Origin: Callorhinchus milii
Lineage: Eukaryota
NCBI RefSeq assembly: GCF_018977255.1
Contig: NW_024704743.1
Location: 103,108,001-103,172,000 of the forward strand
DNA: 64,000 bases
Direction: 5' to 3'
Shown here: positions 37,103-49,240 of the stretch, piece by piece
How the letters are laid out: each line of letters opens with the position of its first letter
Position numbering within the stretch: the stretch's first letter is position 1
Translations under genes and position numbers: made by a program
Notes under the pieces: model-generated
Told to the model about the DNA's origin: nothing
The model's database searches: none
The model's input: only the letters and a program-made list of their open reading frames with translations

Positions 37103-38029
37103 TTATAATGAACCATTGTAATGTACAAGTTGGCATTTAGCGCCAAGTCATGATGTTGAAAATTCAACAAATGAGTATAACTACCTGGCTGCCATTTGTT
37201 TGCTTGTTGTATTCAATTCTGTATGTGTGACACTTCTAAGATGTCCTGTGGTAGGCATGAGTTATGATAAATAGCACTGTAAGTGAAGTTGACTGAACAT
37301 CTCACCAGTGATAATATTACAAGGACCTTATCATCAACTTCAACACCGAGCTATTAATCACACTGCACAGCTGGCCCTGGCATACTTAGCTTTCTATATT
37401 TTTTTACACATATTGTAAATTACTAATGATAACACATATCGTATCAAGAAACTTTTTTTAAAAAGAAATGTTTCTTAACATTAGGGCTTTGGCTTACAGC
37501 ATTATCAGGAGCTGAATGGGAAGAAGCTCTCATCTTTGTGACTATTCTTCCCCATCAAGTGCTGCCAATGAGCCAGGATTGCTGGTCTGTCATCAGTAGT
37601 GGCCTTGATCATAATTGTGACTATCCTCCTTAGTGGGGGATGGGTGAGGGGGTGGGTGAGGGGGAGGTAAGCAGGGTCTCCTTGGAGCTGAACTGGCAAT
37701 GGAATGTCGGAATCGAGCCAGCTCTCTGTGGCGGTCTTGGTAGTCCGGTTCCTGAGCCAGGTGGGTCTGCAATATTCTAGGATAATGTGGATGGCAGCAC
37801 AGCTCATGAGAGCCTGGCTTACCTTTTTTATAATCACAATTGTTTTGAACGAAGAAAGCCTTTTGACCCATCTACCTGTTCCTTCCAGAATACCCACATT
37901 TCCCTTTCGTGACATCAACTTGCTTTTTCAATGTGTACAATGGCCTGACCTTACCACCTTTCATGCCAAAATGTTCCAGATGTTGATTACTCTTTGAGTA
38001 AAAATACCTGGACTACCGAGGCCACACTG

Positions 38030-38465
38030 CCCCAGAGCGCTTGACAACGGCGGAGCACTACTCTGAGCTGGGAGGATGGGGAGGTGACCGTAGGCACGAT
38101 CGAATACAACAACAACAAAATTATACTTGTATAGCTCCTTTCACGTTGGGTGGATGTCCCAATAGGAAGGTCTTCAAGCATGACCTGAAAATGGGAAAAG
38201 AATGGGCAAGACAGAGAGATAGAGGAAGAGTGTTCCAGAGTTTCAGGGCATACTAGCTGAAAGCGCGGCCACCAATGGTGAAACGGAGGGCACGGAGACA
38301 TGCAGAAGGCTGAAGCCAGTCAAGCGGAGGCAGCGGGTTGTGGTTGGGGGGTAAGCAGGTCAGAAAGGTAGGGAGGTGCCAGGGCATGAAGGAATTTGAA
38401 AACAAGTGTGAGGATCGTAAAATTGACCCGTTCAATGATAGTGAGCCAGTGGAGCTTAGCTAGAA
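38030..38465 (-). mobile_element. Old L2 3' region with a ~54-bp L2 tail nested at 38107-38160
   Basis: [11 protein letters not shown] motif. The insert caacaacaacaaaattatacttgtatagctcctttcacg is flanked by AATA (38103-38106 / 38161-38164). Confidence 0.78.
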
Positions 38466-39124
38466 CTGGTCAACTTCCACTAGAACATGCTATGGATGTT
38501 CTCTCCATACCCTTTATTGTGTGACAATATAACAGGTTCAAAGGACAAAAGACTTCTGTACAGCTTCACAGCATTCCTCAAAAACTGACACATTTACAGA
38601 GAACTACATAGAATGATACATCATAGCAATAGACCATTCAGCCTGGATTCGCTAACAAGTGGAAACAGCCTATCAATATCCACCCCATGAAATCCTTTTA
38701 CAATCTTAAACACTTGTAATAGCTGTATCCACTCATTCTTGATAACATCCAAATAAATCTACTCTGCACTCTCCAGTGCTACAAAATCCTTGCCATAATG
38801 TGGCACCAGAACTGTATAAAAATGTCCTATAATTTTGACAATACCTCCCTACTTTTACACTGTATTCCTCAGGATATAATGCCATTACATTTCAATCAAG
38901 TAGAATGTTCTTGGTACAATAATCAGAATGAATACATTCAACTCTTCTGGGCAATTACATGGAACAAAAATGAGGGGAGTCAAACAGAAAGTTCCCTACT
39001 ACTCACCTGATATAACAACATTAAAGTCAGTTCCTACGTCTTTTAAGGGAGTTGGATCTCACCTTACTCATTAAAACAAAACTAGAATAATACAAAGAGA
39101 AATGTTTCTTCTCTTATGGGATCA

Positions 39125-39333
39125 CTTTCCGGGGATAATAATTGCTCCAAAAAATTAGTTCACTCAATCCACAACTGTTTGCGGGACACTACTGTGTGCA
39201 ATTGGCTGTCACGTTTCGCCCACAAAATACAAAGTCAATCCACTTTTCAATATATTTTGTGAAACCTTTTGAGACATCTCAACTATGTGATAAGATGCTA
39301 TGTCAAATATGCAAGGATTATTATCTATTATTA
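39125..39333 (+). mobile_element. SINE family A 3' half
   Basis: ccggggataataat...ctgtttgcgggacactactgtgtgcaattggctg...gcaaggattattat. Confidence 0.8.
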
Positions 39334-39696
39334 TAAAACAAATTAACTTCTAAGGCATTGCCAAAGGCTACATATTCTCACTTAAGTACTGGTACTCAAC
39401 AAGAAAGTAATGCTTCTGAAGGCAGCAATATAGGTCCCTAACTTTAAAACACTGCAGTGGTTCCATGAGACTGAACAAATCCCCATCTGAGCAAATGTGG
39501 CAGGTATGTCATGCTCTTGTCACACCATTTCGAAAAATAATTAAATAAAATGGTCACTGCAATAGAAGAAATCTCAAGATGGAACTACATGGTGATTTTG
39601 GTGCACAAATTGAGAAAGAGTTGGAAGAGGTGAAAAATGTATTTTTCATCACCTGATCAGCAATGAATTCGTAGTGGATTCACAATCCTAACAGTT

Positions 39697-39725
39697 CCCC
39701 CCCCCCCCCCCCCCCCCCTCCCCCC
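39697..39725. repeat. Poly-C tract
   Basis: Run of about 22 C, one T, then further C. Confidence 0.9.
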
Positions 39726-41523
39726 ATAACAAATGTGAGTTGAACTTCATGGAGCTGCATTTACGCTGCTGGAAGTGAAGTTTCTTCATTTCAGAAGTTT
39801 AGCAATGCAAAGTGTCCAATGAGACCAAAAGGGAGGTGAGAGAGAGGTGGCAGATGGCAACACTTCTACTCTGGCCTCATTTGTTCAAAAGTCTATCCCT
39901 TTTCAGCTCCATTCCTGCAGAGAGTGGATCTGAATGGCCCAATAAATGAAAACCATTGAAGTGAAGTGTAACTCCACCTCAGTGTCAGTGGAGTTCAAAG
40001 TATTTATTGATGATGCATGGCTGCTTATCATTTCACAGAATTTTGGAGGTCTGAGGGTCAAGTACTCTGAGCCAAGGTTAAAACATGTGGATTGGCAGAG
40101 TCTAAAATCAATACTGTAACTGAGCGAAAATATTCATATTCAGATCACAGCCTCTGCCCATTGCTGTCAATGATAGAGCATTTCTGATCTCCAGTTTTAC
40201 AGAAGTTGCACCAATGATGTCTATGTTGCAGGGCTAATTCAGTGGCTAAGAATACAGATTAAAATAGTCTGCACTCAAAGTTATTTGATGTTAAAGCAAT
40301 TGTTTTATTAAAAAAAGAATTAGAGAGTGCAGGAGGAATTTTGATATAATAAACCAAAACTCAGTCAAGAAACTGTTGGGTAGAAATTCCTATTGGAACT
40401 CAAACTGCTAAGTAAGTAATGCCTCTTCTCCTGTGGTTGATAATGTCATGCCCACAGAACTATGGATATGAGTTCTGTGGAGTATCTGCATCTACATACC
40501 TAATAGAAAGGGTGGTCCTCGCTGGACAAACAGCAGAAAGCTGGATAGACTGTACTCAATAGCAAGATGTGCAGTTTTTAGCTGGTTAAACTCCAGCAAT
40601 ACCCCAAAAAATATATAAGCATTAAGTTGAGTTTCCATATGTGTCAGACAAAAAAATCCTGTGGATTATACAATACTTTTTTTTACTTAAAATGCATTCC
40701 TGTCACTTTCTACTTTCAAAGGAGATTAGAATTCAGTCTTAAAATTGCCAGCTATATATTTTGTTCCACATAATAATGAGTTGCATTCATCTTTCAAAAC
40801 TGTTAAACTTCAAATTTCTCTATACTATTAATTACTTGTGTCTATTATTTGGGGAGTTCAATAATAGATATAACCTTAGAGCTTTCTCCGAGTTGGGAAC
40901 TTCCAATTAACCTTGAGTATTTCTTGAGCTATTAATTTTTGTTGCAGGAATTTTCCCAATGGATGAAGCTGTTTTTACTCAGCAAATTGGCTGACATTTA
41001 CTAAGCTAGTTGCAAATTATTTCATTGCAGAAAGAATGTTTAACACCCTGTTGAAAAATAAATTCTTAAGGGAATATTAATAGATACAAATATCTGTGCT
41101 GCTGTTCCAACGCAGCACAGTAGAAAAAAACATTAAGCAAAGAACCATCACCACACCATATTTAAAAGTTATTAAAGAGCTGATTATGCAACTGTTTCTA
41201 AAATAATATTAAATCATTTTGTAGGAATTTACTTAAAAATATACATAATCACGATACGTTACAGTGAATCTTGTGAAGTACTTTGAGATGTCCTCCCGTT
41301 GTAAAAGGCACTGTATCAAATGCAACTATTATTTATTATCATTATTAAGAAGAAATATCCGATTCTGGTGTTTAACATATATACAAAACTGCGTGCTGAG
41401 AACATCAAAATCAGGCATTTGTTTTTTTCAGCCACAATTCAATGTGGTGAAGTGGTGACAAGATAAACTAGAATTCCTGTTACAAATCACAATCCTTTTG
41501 GGAGTGAAGCTTTGTGTATGTCA

Positions 41524-41922
41524 TTCTGGCTTAGTTGGTAACACTTTCACCTCTGAATCAGAAAGTTGTGGGTTCAAGTCCACATCAGGACTTTGAACTC
41601 ACATAGGTTGCATTCCAATGCAGTACTGGAGGAGCACTCCATTGTTAGAGGTGTCATCCTTCAGATGAGGAACCATCTTGCTGTTCAAGTGGACATTAAA
41701 GATCCCTGGCACTACTTGAAAAGAAAGTTTCTCTGGGTGTCGTGGCCAACAACCTGCCAGATAAAACTGGCCATTCCATTCATAGTTGTTTGTGGCACAT
41801 TTCTGTGTGCAAATTGGCTGCTCTGTTTGCCAACAAATTACAGCCATTACATCATAACCTGTGAAGTGTTTTGAGACAGCCTCCCATTGTGAAATGTGCT
41901 TTATCAAATGAAAAGATGATTT
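41524..41922 (+). mobile_element. SINE family S, full length, degraded
   Basis: ctggcttagttggtaacactttcacctctgaatcagaaagttgtgggttcaagtcc head, cattaaagatccctggcactac body and tail. Confidence 0.87.
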
Positions 41923-42569
41923 ATAACTTTGCTCCCAGCAAAATAAACACAGCAAAGTAAGCTCAATCTATATCCTACTAAGGAAAAGGACAGTGAATTA
42001 TTATGGTGCAGTAAATAAGATGCATTTATTTTACTGAAAGTAGCACTTAGTAATACATGAAGACACTGTCAACTTTGGTGTCACCGTAAGATTTTGTTTT
42101 GTCAGCTATATTCAACATTTTAAAAAAAAGAGATACTCGAAATGTGCTCATTGAACACCAATCAGTGAGGCTGAACTCAGTCTGTCGTGAAGTGTAGGCT
42201 CAACAAAAATAATCCAATGAGCTCCATCATGATTATCAATATAAGCACTTTGCTGATGTTCTCCCTCACGGAGAAAAAAAAACCTGAGCTACATCTAAAG
42301 AAAATGAAGATTTATCAAAATAACATTGCCACTATAGTAACAAAGGAGACTTGTATTTCCCGCTCTCCCCTCCTGAAATTACTGACTCATGCGAGACTAT
42401 AGAATCTGGGCCAGCGGATCACTTCCAGTAGCTCATTCAAGTGATGATTCTTTATGTGTGAGCCCATGTGGTGCAGGTCAGAGGGCCTTTCAACTAGGAA
42501 AGTCATCACAGCCAAACCTCAAACTTATCCCCATTCACTGTACCAACATAACTTGTAGGTCATGATTAC

Positions 42570-43558
42570 AACAACAACAACTTGGATTTATATAGTGCCC
42601 TCCATGCCGAACGGTGTCTCAGAGCGCTTCACAATAATGGCCGAGCCAGGGGGAGGGGGAAGAAGGTGACCAAAGGCGCAGCTAAAAGAAAAGTCTTTAG
42701 CCGAGACCTGAAAGTAGGAAGAGAGGGGCGAGGCAAAGGGAGTGAGGAAGGGAGTTCCAGAGCCTCGGGCCATAGTGGCTGAAGCACGGCTGCTGAGGGT
42801 GGAGTGGAGGATTCAGGGGACAAGAAGGAGGCCAGACATGGTGGAGCGAAGGCAATGGGCACTGTTGTGAGGAGAGAGGTCAGAGAGATAGGGGGGTGCA
42901 GAGGAGTGGAGGGAATTGAAAACGAGAGTGAGGATCTTGAAATTGATTCTCTCTGGGACAGGCAGTCAGTGCAGTCTGGCAAGGATTGGGAGCGGAGTTT
43001 GGTGCGGGTAAGAATGCGGGCGGCAGAATTCTGGTTGACCTGGATTTTATGAATGGTAGTGGAGGGTAGACCGGTGAAGAGGGCATTTGAATAGTCCAGC
43101 CAAGAGGTGACAAAGGCATGGACCAGAGTTTCAGTGGCTTTTGGGGAGAGGTATTGGCGGAGACGGTCAATGCGTCAGAGGTGGAAGAAAGCGGTTTTGG
43201 TGAGGGACCGGATGTGGGGGAGGAAGGATAATTGGGGGTCGAACCTGACGCCTAGGTTGCGTATGGGTTCGGAGAGTTTTAGGGGCAGGTTGGGTAGATG
43301 GAGGAGGTGAGAACCATGCAAATTAAGACGTTGACGAGAGCCAAGGAGTATGGCTTCTATCCTGTCAACATTTAGCTGAAGGAAATTCGCGCTTGTCCAG
43401 CTCCTAATGTCTGACAGGCAGGCTGATAGAACATCAGGGGACTTGAGGTCCCAAAGTGAGGTGGAAAAATAGAGTTGGGTGTCGTCCACATACATGTGGA
43501 AGTGTACCCCATGTCTGCGGATGACATCCCCAAGAGGGAGCATATAGATTAGGAAGAG
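42570..43558 (-). mobile_element. L2 (L2-C-like), 5'-truncated, disrupted
   Basis: LFLIYMLPLGDVIRRHGVHFHMYVDDTQLY...IRNLGVRFDPQLSF. (GTT)n tail; TSD GATTAC (42564-42569 / 43559-43564). Confidence 0.93.
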
Positions 43559-44276
43559 GATTACGTGAGACAACAATGGCAGCAATAAATGAAACAGTAA
43601 ACATTGTAAACCAGACCTAGAACCCAGGGTTTAGCTCAATAAAGCACATTCATGTCAGTACATCATAAACAGGTACATAATGTATAAGTATGCAATGTAC
43701 TTTTTAATCAAATGCACCACAAGAAAAGATAATATGATATCCTTTAACATCCTTGGAAGCATTCAGTACTGGAACTCTAATGTAATTAAACTTCAAGATC
43801 TGCAATCCATAATCTCCCTAGCCTATGATTATTAAGTAGAAAGTAGGAGCTCTGGATCAATATTGAAACTCTAACTCTATTTAAAGCATGACTCATGTCT
43901 TGTTATGTGGGAGATGAAGGCCAGTGGTAATTAACAGCAAACCCAACATCTCATCATGCAAGTGTCATTTGGACCAGCAATGATGTGACCTTTGTGGACT
44001 AAAATGCAACTAATAGTTTATTGACTGAATTACTAATGTAAGTAGTAATGAATTGTGAAGTATTGATAGTTTCATAAAAACTTTACAAATTATGGAGCTG
44101 GTTAAAAAATAAATTGTACTGCAATTAAATACTTAGTTTCTTTTTTCCCCAGTTTTGATTTTGAAAACTACTGAGGTTTCTTTCCACTCCAATCTCTTTC
44201 CTCCACCTCCAACTGAACGTTCATCTATGCTATGCAAGTACTAGAACCTCTCCAGTACCTCGCCTTCACAGAGGCC

Positions 44277-44685
44277 AGTCTGGTTCAGTTGGTAGCATTC
44301 TCACCTCTGAGTCTGAAAGTTGCGGGTTCAAGCCCCACATTAGGTTTTGAACTTTTGAACTCACAGTCTAGGCTGACACTTCAATACATTGCAGGGGTAT
44401 AATGTAATTAGACGTGCGATCCTTCAGATGAGATATTAAACCGCGGTCCTCTCTGCCTAGTAAGGTGAACGTTAAAGATCCCAAAGCACTATGTGAAAAG
44501 AGGAGGAAGTTTTTCCTGGCCAACAATCTCTCAGATAAAATTGATGATTTACTTCATGGCTGTTTGTGGCTACATTGCTGTGTGGAAATTGACTGCTGCG
44601 TCCACTTACAAAATACAGTCACCACACTTTACAGTGAATCCTGTGAAACCGTTTGAGACATCCTCATAACATTGTTATTATTATA
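44277..44685 (+). mobile_element. SINE family S, full length, degraded
   Basis: agtctggttcagttggtagcattctcacctctgagtctgaaagttgcgggttcaagcccc head; ccttcagatgagatattaaaccgcggtcc and gttaaagatccc body. Confidence 0.87.
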
Positions 44686-45004
44686 GCTATTTGTGCCTTG
44701 TTCACCTCCAATTACATGTAAAGTGCTTTGAGATGTTTAGACATTATATCACAAGACTAAATACAAGGATTACTCTCTGTCCAATCCCAAAATAAAAACT
44801 AAACACATTCATTGCTCTCTTTCAGATTTATTTGTCAAATTTAATGAATATCAATTCAGAGAGTTAGTATGATTCTCAATTTTTGTTACTTGGTAATTTA
44901 TTTTCAGTGGGTACTTTATATAGTAGTAAAAAAATAACATGTTTAAGAACTTAAAATTCACCCAGGTTTAGATATACCTAGATAATAGATAATAATAGAT
45001 AATA

Positions 45005-45314
45005 AGTCCTGTAGCTCAGTGGTTAGAGCACTCGCCTTGCAAGCGAGACAGCTGGGTTCAATTCCAGGCAGGGCGAAACCTTGGGCAAGTTTCTTTACTC
45101 CACACTCCTAATAATAATCCCTCCAAAACAAAACAATAATAAATTGGTCATTTTCAATCCATGACTCTTTGTGGGACACTGCTGTGCGCAATTGGCTGCC
45201 ACATTTCGCCCACAAATATACGGTCAATTCACTTTACAGCATATTCTGTGAAGCGCTTTGAGACGTCGAGAAGACATGAAAAGTGCTATATCAAATGCAA
45301 GGATTATTATTATT
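45005..45314 (+). mobile_element. SINE family A, short variant (GAGAA loop)
   Basis: gtcctgtagctcagtggttagagcactcgccttgcaagcgag head through gcaaggattattattatt. Confidence 0.94.
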
Positions 45315-46129
45315 AATTCTTAAAAAGTTTTGACAGAAAAATGGTTTCTAAATTAAGACTATATTTAACAATTTGCCAAATGTTGTACTCCTTGAAATGT
45401 TACATTTGTAGAGTAAATCTAAACCCAGGGGGTATTTTGCCCTTTTAATTGGTTAAGAAATATGTTGAATCCTGTTTATAAAGTACCACAGGATATACTA
45501 AAACAAATTGCTGAGCCAACAATGTTAAAAACGTTTTGCAACTATAACCCAAAGATTAAATTCTTCAGTGTAGGTAAGATTTTGTGAATTAAGTTCATAG
45601 CAATATTAGCTAAAATATCAGTCCAGTGTTTCAGCCATATTAAATAATGCTCAAGTGTTGTCAGTTGATATTAGTAGATTCAGATTATTTAATATGCCTT
45701 TGGACATTTTAACTGATGATAGTAATCAACAGTTAACTTTGGTAATACCAAACTTGACAAAGATATATAGAGCATATATGTTGCACAGATTAATGTAGAC
45801 TATCTGTTGAATCAGCAAAACAGGATTCAGAATCCACATTCTGATGCTAGATGTGTGTTATAATTAATAGGTAAATTGTGACTTTATCACCTTACAACAA
45901 CTGAAGACATCTCAAAGAATAAGTACATTCTGTAAAATCAATCAGACCACTGTCTTTTTATCTCTGCAGTCCTTCCACATATTTATTAGATCATTACCTT
46001 GTTTGCCACCATAACATAATCTGCCAAAGGAACTTTTAATTACTTCATGAAGAATAGAAGTGTGAAGAGAATATTGTTAATCTTGCTGGAACCTGCTGTA
46101 GACAAACATACAGTCACTGTTAAACAATG

Positions 46130-46441
46130 ATAATAATAATAATCCTTGCATTTGATATAGCACCTTATTACGTCTTCTAGACATCTCAAAGCCCTTCACA
46201 GAGTATAGTGTAAAGCGAATTGACTGTACATTACATGGGCGAAAAAACTGAAATACCAGATGAGAAGGAATTATTACCCCCGGAAAAGCGATCCGCCAAA
46301 CAACTAACAGCTGGGTTTCTAATTACTGCTAGGTAAACAGAGGCAAGTAGAGGAAGGAAACTTGCCCAAACCTGCAGGGAATCGAATCCAGGTCATCTCT
46401 CTTCCAAGGCGAGTGCTCTAACAACTAAGCTATAGGGCTCC
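46130..46441 (-). mobile_element. SINE family A, long variant with internal deletion
   Basis: Tail at 46130, ttactgctaggtaaacagagg segment, head ending gctatagggctcc. Confidence 0.87.
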
Positions 46442-46473
46442 ATGATGCTGATAGGTTGACTGGTGGAGCATTT

Positions 46474-46800
46474 GGAGTCCTGTAGCTCAGTGGTTAGAGC
46501 ACTCGCTTTGCAAGCGAGAGACCTGAGTTCAATTCCAGGCAGGTCAGGGCGAAACCTTGGGCAAGTTTCCTTACTCCACACAGAGCCTAATAATAATCCC
46601 TCCAAAACCAAAAACAATAATAAATTGGTCATTTTCAATCCACGACTGTTTGTGGGACATTGCTGTGCGCAATTGGCTGCCGCGTTCGCCCACAAATATA
46701 CAGGCAGTTCACTTTACAGTGTGTTCTGTGAAGCGCTTTGGGACGCCCTCCCGACGTGAAAAGCGCTATATCAAATGCAAGGATTATTAGGATTATTTTA
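46474..46800 (+). mobile_element. SINE family A, short variant, young copy
   Basis: Nearly identical to 12693-13012, including the CAGGT insertion after the B box. Confidence 0.95.
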
Positions 46801-47919
46801 TTTAGACTGTAGTAAATCCACAAGATTAATAGGTGTATTGCATTTGAGGTGTAATCTTAATTATTTTTTATAGATGCTAAAGTTGGTCGATGGCTGCAGC
46901 AGTCACCAGTGAACAGTTTCCATTAGGAAATTGCACCAGAGTCATGATAGACAAATGATAAAGATAATATTAATAAAACCTGAATGTGGAGATGGTGCAA
47001 CATTAGGTTATGATCCTCATCAGCAAAATGTGTCTCACAGCCAGAATGTCGATTGGCAAATATGAAACGTTACCAGCTGATATTCCTTCAATTCCTATGT
47101 TCCTAACCTATGGAACCACCTCCCTCTACCACACTGAGCTGCCCCCTCCTCTGTCTTTATGTCCTCAAATCCTACCTCTTTGAATGTGCCAATGGCCCCC
47201 GCCCTCTGCCCTCCCTTTTCCCTAACTTAGGTCCAACCCCAATCCCTTAAAGCTCTCCAAAACACCCCCTCTGTAAAGAGCACTATATAAAAGCAAGCTA
47301 TTGTATTTGATATGAAATCCAAGCCCCAGATACAAAGGGTTATGTTTTGCTCTCTTGACTACATTTACAAATGTGCTCCATATATAATTTTGAAAGTCTG
47401 AAGTTTTTGCTTGCATATAATCTTTGAAAGCTGAAGAAACGTTTTGATGTAGTAATAAAAAATCAATTAAGTGCATATCTAGAGACATTAAGGTTTAGTG
47501 TAGGATGACATAGCTGATGTCTAGTTGAGAATAAGGTACTAATGGTGAATTTGATTGAATTTGTCATCAGCACCAAATGAAACATGACATAGAAACAATT
47601 TGGGTTCAACAAAAAGTACAATAGATTGAATTGTGGGCACAGGAAAGAAAGGTAAAATAAATTCTTCATACTATTCTCAGTACTAAATTACTGATTAAAG
47701 TAAATTGTACTTCACCCACGGAGGGAATCAGAACTCTGGCTGAAACCAGTACTCATAATGTTCTCTTGCCCATCTTTAGTGTTATAAAAAAACGACTTAA
47801 ACATGAGATATAGACAAAGTTAGTGAAAGCACTGGGTGCCATATTGAAAGAAACTGTTATATTCCAATACATTGAAATTCATCAACCTTCAATCAGAAAT
47901 GTTAGAGGGTAGAAGCACT

Positions 47920-48155
47920 ATATAATAGTAATCCTTGTATTTTGATAAAGCACCTTTCACATCAGGAGAACATCTTAAAGAGCTTCACAGGATTTACTAT
48001 AAATTGTGGTGACTGTATATATTTTCCAAGCAGACAATTTGTGCACAGCCAAGTCCCACAAATATTTACAAAGTGAATGATCAATTTTATCTGGGGGTTT
48101 GTTGGCCAGAACAGTGGGAGAAATACCCTTCACATTTTGAATAGTGTCATGAGCT
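47920..48155 (-). mobile_element. SINE family S 3' half, degraded
   Basis: Tail remnant, caatttgtgcacagccaagtcccaca and ttatctgggggtttgttggccag. Confidence 0.72.
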
Positions 48156-48749
48156 TGTGCTCATGGTTAGCCACAAGAGCTTAGTCTGTGGGTAACACAG
48201 CAGTAAGTGAGCTATGGTCACTTTAGAAATCAAGTATTTCACATTTAAAGTGCTGGTTAAGACTTATTCTATTAATGACACTGAGGGAGGTAAGTTTTGA
48301 CCTGAAGATAATGGCTTTTAATAAGTATTTATATATTTCCTGCCACAACACCCACAAACATTTGCACCTATAATGACTCAATCAATGCTGATGAGGCCAA
48401 AGGTTTAGCAGTCTGCAAGCATTTCAGAGCTGCAGACCTTCAATCCAAAGAACAGATGACAACACATTGACCTTGCCTGCAAATATAGTGAGGAGAATTA
48501 GAGATGGGTTTTCCTTTATAGAGCAAATGCACAATCATCTCTGAGCTCCAGCTAGGATCCACTGGCTCACTATCTCCAAATGGATGATTTTTTAGGTTCT
48601 CACTCTCACATACAAATCTCTTCATGCCCTAGCACATCCCTATCTCTCTGATCTCCACGTATACCACTTTGTCAACAAAAGGAGTCAACAAGACCCTCCA
48701 GACTGAGAGTTCCACATAAGTACCTCACCTACACATGGAAATTTCCCTG

Positions 48750-49240
48750 AGTTAGGAATGGAATGTGCACTCTCCCCCTGGAGGAATGCACCCTGGTACC
48801 TAATTTGAGAGAGTATTAGGAGCAGCTTGGAAATGGAAACCTCAGAGTTTGCATTGTGGTATGGTTGACCTGCTAAAACTGGATAGCTCGCCATTGAGAT
48901 CGTTGTCCAGTGAGCCTCTTGCTGTTTGTCCAGCTAGGACTACAATATCCATTATGAAAAAAAACACAAAACACTGCAGATGCTGGAAATCTGAAAGCAA
49001 AAACAGAAGTCGCTGGGAACACTCAGCAGGTCAGGCAGCATCTATGGAGAAAGGAAAGCGAGTAAACTTTTTTGGTCCACAATGAAGGCTCGTGGAACCG
49101 AAACATTGACTCAAGTTCTTTTCTCCATAGATGCTGCCTGACCTGCTGAGTGTTCCCAGCGACTTCTGTTTTTGTTTTCCAATACCCATTAGGGCTTTGA
49201 TTTGTAGAATTAACGGAGTTGATTGTGACGATACACACTT
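48750..49240. repeat. Unclassified interspersed repeat, copy 1 (host of the palindrome)
   Basis: Collinear with 51735-52000: gaatggaatg(t/c)gcactctc(c/t)ccctggaggaatgca ... ttgtccagct(a/g)ggac ... tacccattagggctttg. Confidence 0.8.
48955..49179. mobile_element. Palindromic Penelope-like terminal-repeat element
   Basis: Perfect 55-bp inverted arms (48998-49052 / 49120-49174) and an 11/12 TSD caata(t/c)ccatta (48943-48954 / 49180-49191). The gatgctgcctgacctgctgag motif resembles chondrichthyan Penelope-type repeats (from recall). Confidence 0.75.
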
